NCBI GenBank assembly: GCA_964035545.1
Contig: OZ037767.1
Location: forward strand, 7,822,581 to 7,886,580
DNA from: Bugula neritina
Taxonomy: Eukaryota > Animalia > Bryozoa
Direction: 5' to 3'
Length of the DNA: 64,000 bases
How positions within the stretch are numbered: position 1 is the stretch's first letter; every line of letters starts with the position of its first letter. Made by a program: the position numbers and the translations under genes. The notes under the pieces are model-generated. The model did no database searches, was not told where the DNA came from, and saw nothing but the letters and a program-made list of their open reading frames with translations. Of the stretch, positions 37,401 to 48,274 are shown one piece after another.

Positions 37401-40400
37401 GTCAATAGTAAATTCACTAACATTATATAAACATACTTTTTTAATATTCTCGAGAGCTAATAATTATTATCACATATTTTTTAAAAGAAAAACTATTTAT
37501 AGCACAAGAGAAACATGATAACTCATTAGTGTTATAAAAAACCAACTATATAGATTAAAAAGCAATGCTTGTACCGCGTGACAATTAACTTCTAGCTATA
37601 AAAGTTGTTTTTTACCACAGAATAAACCAAATATTGCAGTAAATTGACTAATAAAGTTTTTTTTACTTTGCTGATAACAATGAAATAACTGACTTAAATT
37701 ACATTAATATAAAATATTAGCACTTACATGTATGTTGCAAATGTAAACTATCCTGTTGCATTGTAACTCTTATGTTAGTAGCATGGAATAAAAGTAGTCA
37801 GTAGATTATGAACAAAAACACATGACTAATTAGTATATTAATAATCATAATTAGCAACATTAAAGATGGGATTGGCGTCATTAATATGTTTTAAGATACA
37901 ATGGTGAGCTTATAACTTTCGAAGCAAATTTTTGACTTGACAGCTTTTTTAATCTTTCAACATACAAAATAAGGGCAAAAGTTCTAAATGTCAAAAATTA
38001 TGCTGCAGGAGTAACTCGAGAAGTTTAATGCTGGCTTATATGAAAAATGCTTGAATAGCTTATAGTAAGCAAAAATTAATTTTTGTGTTGGTTTCACATG
38101 CATGTTACTAAAGACCTATAATATATACCAACAGGTGTCAGTAAATAATTTTCCCAAGTCATATTACTTATATGACAAAAAAAACAGTGTTAACAAATTT
38201 TTTTCATAATACGGAAAGTAGTTTGTCATGTTAACTTTAAATTACAATTATGACACTATATAATCAGATAGCTAGTGGTTTGTCTTAAGTCAATGAAGAA
38301 ACATGTATAAAGTAAGCTCATTGTATTCCATATTTAAACTGTTTCTACATCACTTGCATAAGGTATTACATTGCATGTGTATGCTGTATGCAGCATATAA
38401 TCTATCATTCTACACGACTATATTAGACATATAGACAAGGACAACATTGACAATGACAAGAAAACAGTAAAGATATTCAATATTTTTGTGAGTAAACAAC
38501 TTTTGAAATTGAAAAGCCTCAATTTGGTTGCAGAAGTACAGTAATAAATTATATAGATGGATATATTTATGAGCCAAAAATGTTTTGGTTGGCTATACAT
38601 AATTACCTTTGCGCAGCACTATAACAACTTTATACGTTGTTGAGTAAATAATATCAACAGAAGCAGATACTTACGGTGAATTCCCTGTCTGTTGTAAAGT
38701 TCAATCCACTGAACATCATACGTGTCTCCTAAATCAACCATCCAGAACTGTTTCTCCTTGTTTTGTGTATGGGTCACTAAGTAATCATCTGTATCAACAG
38801 CAGCTATTACTCCATCAACACCATAACTTGAAAAATGACTGATATAGGGGATTTTAGATTCGATGTAGGTGCTGCTTTCATGTGTTGTTTTTCTGTACGC
38901 CAAGTTATCTAAAAATATAAGAAGTAATATGTATATGTATATATATATATAAATATATATAAATATATAAGAATATATATATAAATATATATATATATAA
39001 ATATATATATAAATATATATAAATATATATATAAGAATATATATATAAATATATATAAATAGGTATACGAGAAACATTGTTGATTTATTACAGTACCTTT
39101 TCCTTTGTCTTGTTTAATTAATGCGATATCCTTATTATCATAGACCCTGATTATATTAACACAACACTCAACACACTTAATAATTTTCATCCTAACATAA
39201 AATTTACATACGAACTAGAAACCAATAAATCACTTTCTTTTCTGGATGTTACAGTTTTGCGACACAATAGCTCAGTGGAAACCACAGTATTCCGCAAGCC
39301 AACACATAACGATACATATTTACATTGGAACTCTTTCTCACTAAAAACATGGAAGCTAAGCACACTCAAGTCACTAGTATTAAGGGCTAATAAAATCTGT
39401 TCTACTCCAGCACTTAAGACCCAAGAACTTAACTATATTCGAAATGTTTTTGAACATAAAAATGGTTACCCTAAATATGTAATAGAGAAAACTATTAACA
39501 ACATTGGTGACGGACTACTTAGTGAAAAAGACAACAGGAAACACATTTTACTCCAGCTGCCTTATAAAGGAGTAACAGGAGAAAAACTAATCCGCTCCCT
39601 CAATAAATTAATTACAGACTCTTTTTCAAATGAACTCAATGCCCGGATTTTATTTAAAGGAACCCCTTTAAGTTCACATTTTAATCTCAAAGATAAAACC
39701 AATAAAGAACACATTCACAACTTAGTCTACAAAATAACCTGCCCTGAAGCTACCTGTCAACAAACATATGTAGGCGAAACCGGACGTCGCCTATCACACA
39801 GGATACATGAACACTGTCATGACATCAATTCCAAAATTTATCAACACTCTTCCACCACTAATCATGGAAACATATCAATAGACAATGTAACAGTTTTAAA
39901 TCATTCATTTAAAGGAATCCACCATCGAAAAGTAGCCGAAGCTCTCTACATTAAACAAATAAAACCGCAACTCAATAAACAAAATTACTCCATACCACTA
40001 AAACTATATCAATAGCTCCACACTACTCAACTCTTGCATAGTTTCACTAATTCTTGCCATTTTTATACTTGGATATCTATATATTTTTTTTGTCAACTCT
40101 AATTTATTTTTTATGCAAAACAATCAGTATAATTAATTTTTGACCTGCGTAATATATAAAATAAGATTATCTCCCTAAGTTTCAATAATTTACAATAACT
40201 GCCACTCTCTATTCTTTGTGTCATGCATAACGTCTAACGTAACATAATAATTTTTGAATTTCATTCATTGCTACTCTGAAGATGGGTACAGTGGTACCCG
40301 AAATATTAGTAGAAATATTTTACATATAATAAAGTAATAAATCAACAATGTTTCTCGTATACCTATTTATAATTAAATTGCTAGCTCGTAAAGATATATT

Positions 40401-40403
40401 TAA

Positions 40404-40479
<76 letters not shown>

Positions 40480-42824
40480 GTATACGAGAAACATATATAT
40501 ATATTTGTTTCATTTTGTTTTTAAAAATTGATGCTGCCGCCCCAATTGCTTTGTTATACGGTGCTGTTGAATTTGGATTCCTATATGTGCGTCAGGATTT
40601 CATGTTGCTTGATTGGACATAAGGAACAATAATAAACTCTGATTGGTGAATAAAAAAACACTTCTATGCCTTTTACAAAGAGACCTTTCAAGCTTGAGCC
40701 AGCAAAGTATGCAACGATATAGAAGGGTAATTTGTAGAATTTGCCACCTATAGCTATCCGCATAAATTGCTAATTACAGCTTCAACCTTGAATAATGGCA
40801 AATCATACCATTGCTCTATTGTAGTTCTGCAAATGCTTGCAATATGTAATGTTTTTATTTTTTGCCACTTAAAAAATAAAAACCTTGTATGGCTACACAA
40901 TGTTTTAGATTTCAAATATTTGGGAACAGCTATTTTGATGTGATTTGATTCACTGAGTTAAATTATCATCAGCAATCACAATGGTTCACTGAAAGCTTGT
41001 TGAATAACTACAGCTTTACTCACATTATCATAGCTGTGTTAGCTACATTATGGTTTTTTTCTATACAATGATTCTTGCTACTACAAAATATTTCGTTTTC
41101 AACTGCTATATAAACCCAGAAGCTTCTGTTATTTATTCACTTATGACTTATCTCTCTTTCTTTTCTTTCAGTTTGCGATAATCAACAGGCGTCTATATAT
41201 TAAAAACACAACAGTTTACAAGTGTTATACTAAACTTTAACTACATGTTTTGTTTAAACCTAATTATTTGCTCAACATAATATTCACATCGTGGTATTAA
41301 AATCTCCAGTTTATAACGCAGCTGATCACATGAATTCTATACTAAGAGAAAGAAAGAATCTATAAAGTGCACAACTTACAGTCCTGTTCATACACTTCTA
41401 CTTCAGCCAATGAAAGAACTTCTGTGTGGATGCTGTATATAGCCACATGTCTAACAAGAACACCAGATTCTAATATCACAGTGGCTTCAGCTAAATATTG
41501 TTTATCTCTGTATGATCTGATCATCCATTTACTGTCCTTGGCTAGAGTCGGCTTCCCTGGGTTATCTTCCGCAGATGTGAGGATGTAAATCTTCTGAAGC
41601 CTGTGACCTAAAGTTATGAAAATGATCTCATAACACTTGTGTATAATATGCTTAAAGGGTAAACAAAGCATCATTTGGCAAAATTGGAATTTCTTCAACA
41701 CACAACCTGTTACCTTAACAGATTAAACTAAAATTTGCTTTAATGAAAATCACACAGTAGTAACATATACTTTCTTGATATACTTATATACATACACTGG
41801 TAGCAGTTATTATTCTGTCTGTTCCATATATTGATCCTGCTGACATGAAACTTCTCCTCCAAGTCTACCATCCACCATTTCTCAACAGGCAAGCGTAAAG
41901 TGTGAGTGAAATCATCAATTTTTCCATTAACCGCATTTTTTGCCTCATACTGTCCATACATGTTTGATTGATGACATGGTTTGTTTAGAGCTAAATTATC
42001 TACAAATAGATCTTTTTATAGTAACTAATTCTAATCAGGAACAGTTCCATATAATGCACCATTCTTTTATTGAAGCCATTTATAGAATGTATGAGGAGAC
42101 AATCCTTTTATACAAAAACTTATATCTGAAGGTGCAACAAGCTAATTTTATTCTTCCGTGGTAAGTCGTATATAAGGAAACAAATTAGGCACATTAATTA
42201 TTGCTACTTGTATTACTAGAATAACAGTGAGATTTGCTAAATAAATTAGATGCGCATCAGTTTAGCATCAACTCGCAGTAGCTTCTATGACTTTTTAATG
42301 AAGAAATCGCTTGAAGCAATCTACAAAATGTTTTAATCTAGTCTCTATCTCTATAGGGTTAAAGATTGACATATTTAATACTGGTAGAATCTGTACTCAA
42401 TTTGAGAGAATGCTTAGTGATGCTACCTGCGATACACATTATTTAATAAAATATGTTGTGAACAAAACAATTGCGTTTTCTGTCTTGAACATAACATTTT
42501 CAAGTTGACTAATAAAAACTTTTAAGAACACATACTTGTTGATATACTGCAAGTCATAAAATATTTGAAAAAGTTAGTAGCAACTCAATTGGTATTTTGT
42601 ATGTACTGACACTGGTGCAAATACTCATCAGTATTTAACAAACACATCCTAAATGGCTTGTTTATTACACCTTAATAACTATACATAATTTTATAGAGAA
42701 GCACTCAATTATCAAAATAAATGTCTAAAATACTATACCATACTTTACCTTGAGCAGTGCTGACTGAAAGACATACTGAGTACATGGCAATCAGCAACCA
42801 GAGTCTTTCTACGCCAACCTTCAT
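13094..42824 (-). CDS. Gene B: type I receptor, SP - 3x F-type lectin - FN3 repeats - RPTP-like membrane-proximal domain with furin site - Sushi - TM - Tyr-motif tail (one in-frame TGA in this sequence)
   Basis: Approximate exons: 42749-42824, 41796-41999, 41380-41606, 38675-38908, 24070-24296, 22763-22990, 21588-21824, 20868-21015, 20553-20721, 19931-20088, 19587-19785, 19284-19390, 18865-19057, 17864-17958, 17129-17414, 14232-14283, 13779-13982, 13094-13410. All GT-AG with consistent phases. Confidence 0.78.
13779..13982 (-). CDS. Gene B Sushi/CCP domain exon
   Basis: CSNPP...YECEKG...GG...LHC...W.GEPLIC: the four-Cys and Trp CCP pattern, on a phase 1-1 exon. Confidence 0.85.
14470..14643. 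mobile_element. Truncated third copy of the CAC-terminated MITE
   Basis: Starts CACAGGATAGTTAAGGGCATCCTCACTAAGAATATC and follows copies 1 and 2 for about 170 bp. Confidence 0.85.
15013..16160 (+). mobile_element. Gypsy remnant 3: LTR-like sequence, tRNA-Leu PBS and partial gag
   Basis: ...ACTACA-A-TGGTGGCAGCAGTGGGATT at about 15581-15606. ORF 15638 ([14 protein letters not shown]) is homologous to Gypsy-1 gag and internally deleted. Confidence 0.8.
16150..16625 (-). mobile_element. Putative hAT-like non-autonomous fragment
   Basis: Minus strand starts CAGTGGCGTG followed by a GC-rich subterminal block; it separates two LTR remnants. No matching TIR or TSD found. Confidence 0.35.
16626..16930 (-). 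mobile_element. LTR-retrotransposon remnant 4 (LTR end and PBS)
   Basis: Minus strand ...AGTACA-T-TGGTGGCAGCGG (tRNA-Leu-like PBS, about 16732-16743), preceded by LTR-like sequence with AATAAA. Confidence 0.6.
18412..18625 (+). mobile_element. tRNA-derived SINE
   Basis: A-box TGGTCTAAAGG and B-box GGTTCGAGCCC; TSD agtgtttt(a/g)at (18401-11, 18626-36); empty site in the gene A paralogous intron near 62968. Confidence 0.8.
20190..20498. mobile_element. Small non-autonomous element with inverted subterminal repeats and a GGTTT-rich core
   Basis: Repeated (g)gtaa..atggca motifs on the left, their degenerate reverse complements on the right, and a central ggtttg-type simple repeat. Confidence 0.45.
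24993..25428. repeat. Two-copy tandem duplication of about 216 bp inside the transposon
   Basis: The unit starting ctagaataatagttcaattctgctc occurs at about 24993 and 25209 with few mismatches. Confidence 0.92.
26122..28009 (-). pseudogene. DDE transposase, broken into four ORFs
   Basis: ORFs 27782-28009, 27243-27731, 26726-27253 and 26122-26697. The frameshift near 26730 rejoins to [24 protein letters not shown]. Confidence 0.85.
33791..35224. mobile_element. Second full copy of the CAC-terminated CMC-like MITE, in the Gypsy-2 integrase 3' end
   Basis: Same TIRs as 2326-3081, TSD CA (33789-90, 35225-26), body is the reverse complement of copy 1; left TIR split at its TTAA. Confidence 0.92.
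33805..34494. mobile_element. piggyBac-type MITE (690 bp)
   Basis: TTAA TSD (33801-04, 34495-98), 15-bp TIR CCCTTACGCGATCAA / TTGATCGCGTAAGGG, and subterminal direct repeat caatggaccatatatg twice. Confidence 0.93.
39257..40015 (+). CDS. PLE RT thumb and GIY-YIG endonuclease (partial ORF)
   Basis: 252-aa ORF with VYKITC, YVGET, RIHEH, EALYI and LNKQ. Confidence 0.9.
   Translation: MRHNSSVETTVFRKPTHNDTYLHWNSFSLKTWKLSTLKSLVLRANKICSTPALKTQELNYIRNVFEHKNGYPKYVIEKTINNIGDGLLSEKDNRKHILLQLPYKGVTGEKLIRSLNKLITDSFSNELNARILFKGTPLSSHFNLKDKTNKEHIHNLVYKITCPEATCQQTYVGETGRRLSHRIHEHCHDINSKIYQHSSTTNHGNISIDNVTVLNHSFKGIHHRKVAEALYIKQIKPQLNKQNYSIPLKLYQ
40271..40312 (+). ncRNA. Minimal type I hammerhead ribozyme in the PLE 3' region
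   Basis: CUACU-CUGAAGA-U-GGGUAC(AGUG)GUACCC-GAA-AUAU-U-AGUAG: stem I, conserved core, stem II and a palindromic mini stem III. Confidence 0.85.
40409..40473. repeat. (TA)n microsatellite; degenerate partner tract at 38930-39060
   Basis: Directly visible; the two tracts flank the PLE. Confidence 0.95.
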
Positions 42825-44267
42825 TCTCCCATCTGTACTCCACTAACATTCAGTGTAAAATAAGCTAACAGAGAAAGAAGAAGAAGGAAGTTAGTCTGTA
42901 ATAACATTTACGTAAGTAATTCTATTCATTACATTCTTATATAATAGGGGAGGTGTTGTATTCAACCATTGTTACAAAGCAAGGATCTGTATAAACAGCT
43001 AAAAGTTTTTTGAATGCACTAAGCTCATTCATTCTTTTGCTACTCACTTGTATGAGTCGCCTGTATTAAATAAATACAATCTTCACAATTCTACACAATC
43101 ACCTTGTTTTTTATTTCGAAGTTTGCTCTCTGTACTGCGAGCATAGTAACTCTAGCGTATGTGTCAACTAACTAAAACAAGTTTTAGTAGCTAGTGTTGT
43201 TTCACATGAAACAGAGTCTACAACAGTAGAATATAAACCAAATATTTATTTCCAGCATTCACCGATACAATACATTTACTCAAATGTTCTAATTTATGAC
43301 TACTGAGTTAAATTAAACAGTTCTCATGTTTTTTTTCCAAAGTGCAGTGATGACTAGAGTATTAAACAAGTTTCTTGGCATCACATTACTGGTAGCTCTA
43401 GTGAAAATGCTTGTCAAATGCTCCAATAGTAATCACCATATAATAACAATGAACTCAATGACCCCATTAAAGCTCCTGTTTATGCTTGCATGGGTGACAT
43501 CACTCATCTACCTAGTGCTGACTATTAGATCTGTGGTTATGTCAGTGTGGTTTGGATGACTGTTGCCTTTGCCCCACATTTGCTGGGTCACATTGATGCC
43601 TTGAGGTGAGTCAGTATATGTTCACTATGTTTTATTTTCTCACTATCATTGTAGTGTTTTTAGATAGAATGTTGATTATTTAACATATTTTTGCCTCGTC
43701 CAGTAACAACAACAATATTATGCATAATCCCTTGACAAACTTTGATAATCGGTTGACAGCACTCTACATAGAATTGCTGTTCTTTATTGCACTGCCTTCC
43801 TGTATAAATTACTGATCACTTTGTATGCCAAACTAAATTAAAGTTAAACACTATTATGCATATTACATTATCTGAATTATTGGTTTTAGAGTAAAAGTTA
43901 TCATTCGTTTTTCTGTATATATGGATTTTTATCAACATTACTTTATTATTTTGTTGAATTTATCTATGTGTACCATCTATATAATCGCTTCTTATATATA
44001 AATTTTCTTTTTTTTTACCATAGCAATAAGTGCATAATCAAAGCTGATAAAACATAATGCAACGTGTGCTTTGTGAAATAATGCAAACAGAAACTGTTTT
44101 GTTTTGTTTCATAAGTAATAATCCAAGAGGCTTGCTGTTAGTTGACGACTACATATTTTGCCACCTCATTTAACTGAGACTATTTAATTGTTTACCCTAT
44201 TGTGCAGGAATATAGTTTCAAGGGCAATGTATCAATTACAATATTTTTTATGACATTGTGATGCGTA

Positions 44268-44378
44268 GTTTGAGTGGTTCAAGTAGTTCGAGTGGTTTGA
44301 GTGGATCTAGTGGTTCGAGTGGTCCGAGTGCGTGCGTGCGTTTGTGCGTGCGTGCGCTCGTGGGCGTGTGTGTGTGTC
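44268..44378. repeat. 9-bp GTTCGAGTG minisatellite followed by (GCGT)n/(GT)n
   Basis: About 7 degenerate units. Confidence 0.85.
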
Positions 44379-45974
44379 TATATATAGACCTACTGTATAA
44401 ATCATATATATATATTATGTATATATGTCAATAAAGAGGTGTTTGATGACAATTAAAGCATGAAAAGACAGAAATGTTTATAAGTTAAATATAGCTATAG
44501 TTTAATTAATTTTATGCTAAACAGTTGAATAATGTTTTTTACTGTCCTATTTCCTTTTATAATTCAATATCTGTAGCACGGAGACTTAAGAATATTTTTA
44601 AATAATTTGTTTACTGAATATTTGGCTTATCAAACAATGCTTTTGATATACACCAAATTTGTTATATATAAAATAAAATAATGTCACAATAGTTCAAGTA
44701 AGTCTTAAAGTGGAAACTCGTGTTGAAACAAAAGCAAAGGAGAAAAAAATTGTTTGATATATACTAAAACTGTATTTTCTTGCAATAAGAAACATATCTT
44801 GTCATTAATTATATACAATATGCTTTCTTTAGGTATCTGAGATTTAGTATTTGTAGCAACAGAAGTTGTCTGCTGATCATAAATAGCAACAAATGCAGCA
44901 CCAGCCAGCTGACAAGAAACTGCTTGCTCTTAAATTGAAGCACAATTTCAAATGGTTGCTGTGTAAAGAGAAAAAGCTATTTAATGCTCACCTTATTGCA
45001 AGGAGGCAAAACTGTGGTGCATGATGGTCACCATCGAGACTTATATGAATTTTCATGTAAAAATACAAATGCTGCAGTAAATAACTTTCCTGAGAATTTT
45101 AAATAAAAAAGTCACCTTCTCTTTAAACTAAACTAACATAAACATAAGCCTATTTTAAACTCCAATTTTCCTTTTGTTAAGTAACACAATTATAGTGATA
45201 ATTACTAATAATTTACAAGCAATGCAACAAAAGGTTTATTCTGCTATGAAATTTTCAAGTAATATTGTAATAAGAATAATTTCAAGCAGTTCAAATGAGC
45301 CTCATTATGTGAAAAGGAAAATTACTACTTTTCATTGCAGAAGTGGTTTATTGTAATTATTTGAGTGGTAATGCTTGTGTAGCGCTATTGTGGAGTTCTT
45401 GCACAAGCTGAGCATATTCACCACAAGGCTCACTAAATTACACTGCTAATTAATACAATGGTAATAACATCGCATAATTACGTGGAAGTAGTAAATGCTT
45501 ATGTTCACATCAGGCCATAAAAACAATTTCTACAATTTCAACTGCTGTTAGAAAAGTAAGCTAGAATAATAATAAAAAGTACATGTCTAGCTCATTGACA
45601 CCGTGTCAATACCAATCTGAGCATTTAATCTCTGTTCTTTTTTGTGCTATTATAGCTAATTATAGTTTGCTTATGTAGGTAATATATCCTACAACAATAA
45701 AAATATCCTCAAAAATTATTTTGAATTTTAAAATACTTGGTTTCTCTACAAGTAGTGGACTAGTGAAGCGTACTTATTGCTGAACGGTTATTCAGTTAGT
45801 GGGAAACTGCAAGAAAGAAAACTATGCAGTAGGGATATATAGAATAATTTAGCTTACAGAGAGATAAAAATAAATTAATATCAGATCTTCTGGAGTAGAA
45901 GCAACTAGGAGCGAATGCACCTTTTTTCCTGACATCACCAAGAAACCTGCTGAGATTGAAACTCATTACCTATC

Positions 45975-46150
45975 ATAACTATGATCTAGTTTGGCCATGA
46001 CCTAGTTTGACCATGACCTAGTTTGACCATGACCTAAAATGACTGTGTCCTGTAATAACTATGACCTAGCATGATCAAACCTTATTCTAATCATGACCTA
46101 GTTTGATCATGACCTAGAATGATTAGAACATAGCATGACCATGCACGACT
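45975..46150. repeat. 15-bp CATGACCTAGTTTGA-type minisatellite
   Basis: Several degenerate units. Confidence 0.85.
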
Positions 46151-48274
46151 AGTATATGTATATGGCCTGCTCAGTTGTATAGAATATATGTAGATTTGTG
46201 CAAATGATAACTGCAATGCTGTGGCGCAGTTTGCAGCAAGCAGTTTATTTGTTGTAATATAATGTAATATCAATACTTGAGCTTGTTTTCCTAGACAGCT
46301 TTGTTTTTTTCAATATCTATTATAATAGTTATAATATAACGTAGATGATGACTCTTAATTTACTTATGTTATGCAATTTTCACAAACAGCATATTTGTTC
46401 TGCTGTGTGGAATTATGCACGTTTTTAGTGCAGTGAAAGGGAGTAGTTGAAGGACTACAAACAATAATGAAGTTGCATTTCAGTTTCGTGATGGTCATAC
46501 CAGAAAGGTTATTAAAAGCCACTGTGGTTCAGGACGAAGGTACTTGAAGGGAACTTCAAACTCTATCACACGGATCAAGAAAGTGAGAAAAATGGGTGGC
46601 TGCTACTCTGGAAAAGTAAGTGCCATAACAGTACAATGTCCCTTAATGTTATTTAATCACAATATCATATTATAATACTTTTGTAGATTAGTAGAGCCAT
46701 GCATCATTACATTACCACTGTCTTGTTTTAAGATATGATGGAATTGAAACTTGAGAATGAAAGCCAGATACAGGAGAGTTAGCTCCTCAAGCAAACTACT
46801 TTACTTTAACGTTGCCCTATTTCATTTACTATGCATAATAAAGCCCATGTCATTAGTACACGGATAATTTTTTACCTGAAATTTTACAACATTTCATAAT
46901 ATATTATTTTCATGCCACATGACTTCATGTTGAACTCTGATTGCGAAAAATTTTCTAATTAAATTTTGATGTAAGTAAGTTGGCTGCTTAAAATAATGGT
47001 TATTTAGGCTTCTTATTCTTTTCCTTACATGTATTATTTATGCTGTTATTGAAGAATGGGTCATCATTGAGATGTTTAGGTAAAATACAAATGCTGCCGT
47101 ACATAAGTTTCCTGAGATTTTTAAATAAATAAAAGATGTCAAAATTTTTTTTAGTCAAATCACGTAAATATTATTATATTGTATTCTAATTTTCTTTTTG
47201 TTGTAACAATATTATGATGATAATTATTATTAATTTACACAAAATGCAATAAAATGTTTATTCTGCAATTGTATTTTTAAGTATGGTAATATTGTAATAG
47301 GAATATTGTCAAGCAGTTCAAATGAACACCTTTGTGAAAAAAATAAAACTTACTAATTTTATTGCAGACGTTTCTTACTGTAATTATTTGAGTTCTAATA
47401 CTTGTATAGTGCTATTGTAGAGCTCTTTGAGCAGAGTATACTTTGTGTACTTTGCCACTATATTCTTAGTTAGAAGATACAATGTAAGCCATTTGTGTGT
47501 ATGAGAGCAGGCTGCTCACACACCACTTATATGTTGCACACACAAAACATAAAACAGTTTCTTATTAGAATAAAAAGCAATTTATTACATCATAAAGTAA
47601 GTAATAACAGGAAAAGTTAAAAGCAGTAGCAAGAGAAGTTAAATTAGTAGCAAAAAAAGTCAAAATTTCAAAGTGAATTAAAATTTGAATTTTTTTCTAT
47701 TAATTGGCGTAAAATTCAAGATACACATATATATTTTAAATATTTGGTAATGCTTATGTTAATGCATTAGTAATAGTTTTCAATATTAAATAATATAACA
47801 TGTTAGATGGAGCAATATTATTCAATGATCGCTACATAAAAATATATTAGGCTTTTAAGCACAATTTGCCAGTAACAAACTGAAAAGCGAAGTCCATCTT
47901 TTATATTTTTAAAACATATTACTTTGTGTATACGGCAATTAATAATATTGCTATGTGTGTTGTAAAGCAGTTATCAAAGAGTAACACAGATTACAATATA
48001 TTGTTTTAAAAAAATAGTATATATGCGTTAATATAAAATTCTATCCAAAAGGTGAAGATATAAAAACATGAAAGTTAAAGAGTCAATTGAAGATATAATC
48101 ACATGTATAAAATAACAATGATGCTTGCAATGTTAGATTTTTAGTATAAGTAATAAAATAAAAGATAAAAGTGAAATGTAACTAGAGCTTACTGTGATGT
48201 TAGGAATATAATATAAGATCCCATCCAATCATATTTTAGAACCTGCCCTCCTCCCTCCTGCGTAGACACTGCAG

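Larger units (their letters stand above)
29130..37422 (+). mobile_element. Gypsy/Ty3 LTR retrotransposon copy 2, degenerate and 5'-truncated
   Basis: gag (29100-29793), protease FLLDTG (29898-30665), RT YVDD (31523-31906), RNase H (32006-32455), integrase (32828-33730), PPT GAAAGGGGG (35856-35864) followed by TGTTA. The right LTR end (TAACA, about 37422) is tentative. Confidence 0.92.
39057..40493 (+). mobile_element. Penelope-like element, 5'-truncated with an inverted piece, inside a TA microsatellite
   Basis: RT C-terminal motifs ([18 protein letters not shown]) and GIY-YIG (LVYKITC...C...YVGETGR). Inverted N-terminal fragment KQDKGKGTV at 39092-39190. Inverted copies of the 3' tail at both flanks. 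Confidence 0.92.

Noticed and set aside
45975-46150. Short repeated units that could suggest a CRISPR array (also 44268-44330)
   Set aside because: Tandem degenerate minisatellites without unique spacers or cas genes, in eukaryotic context.
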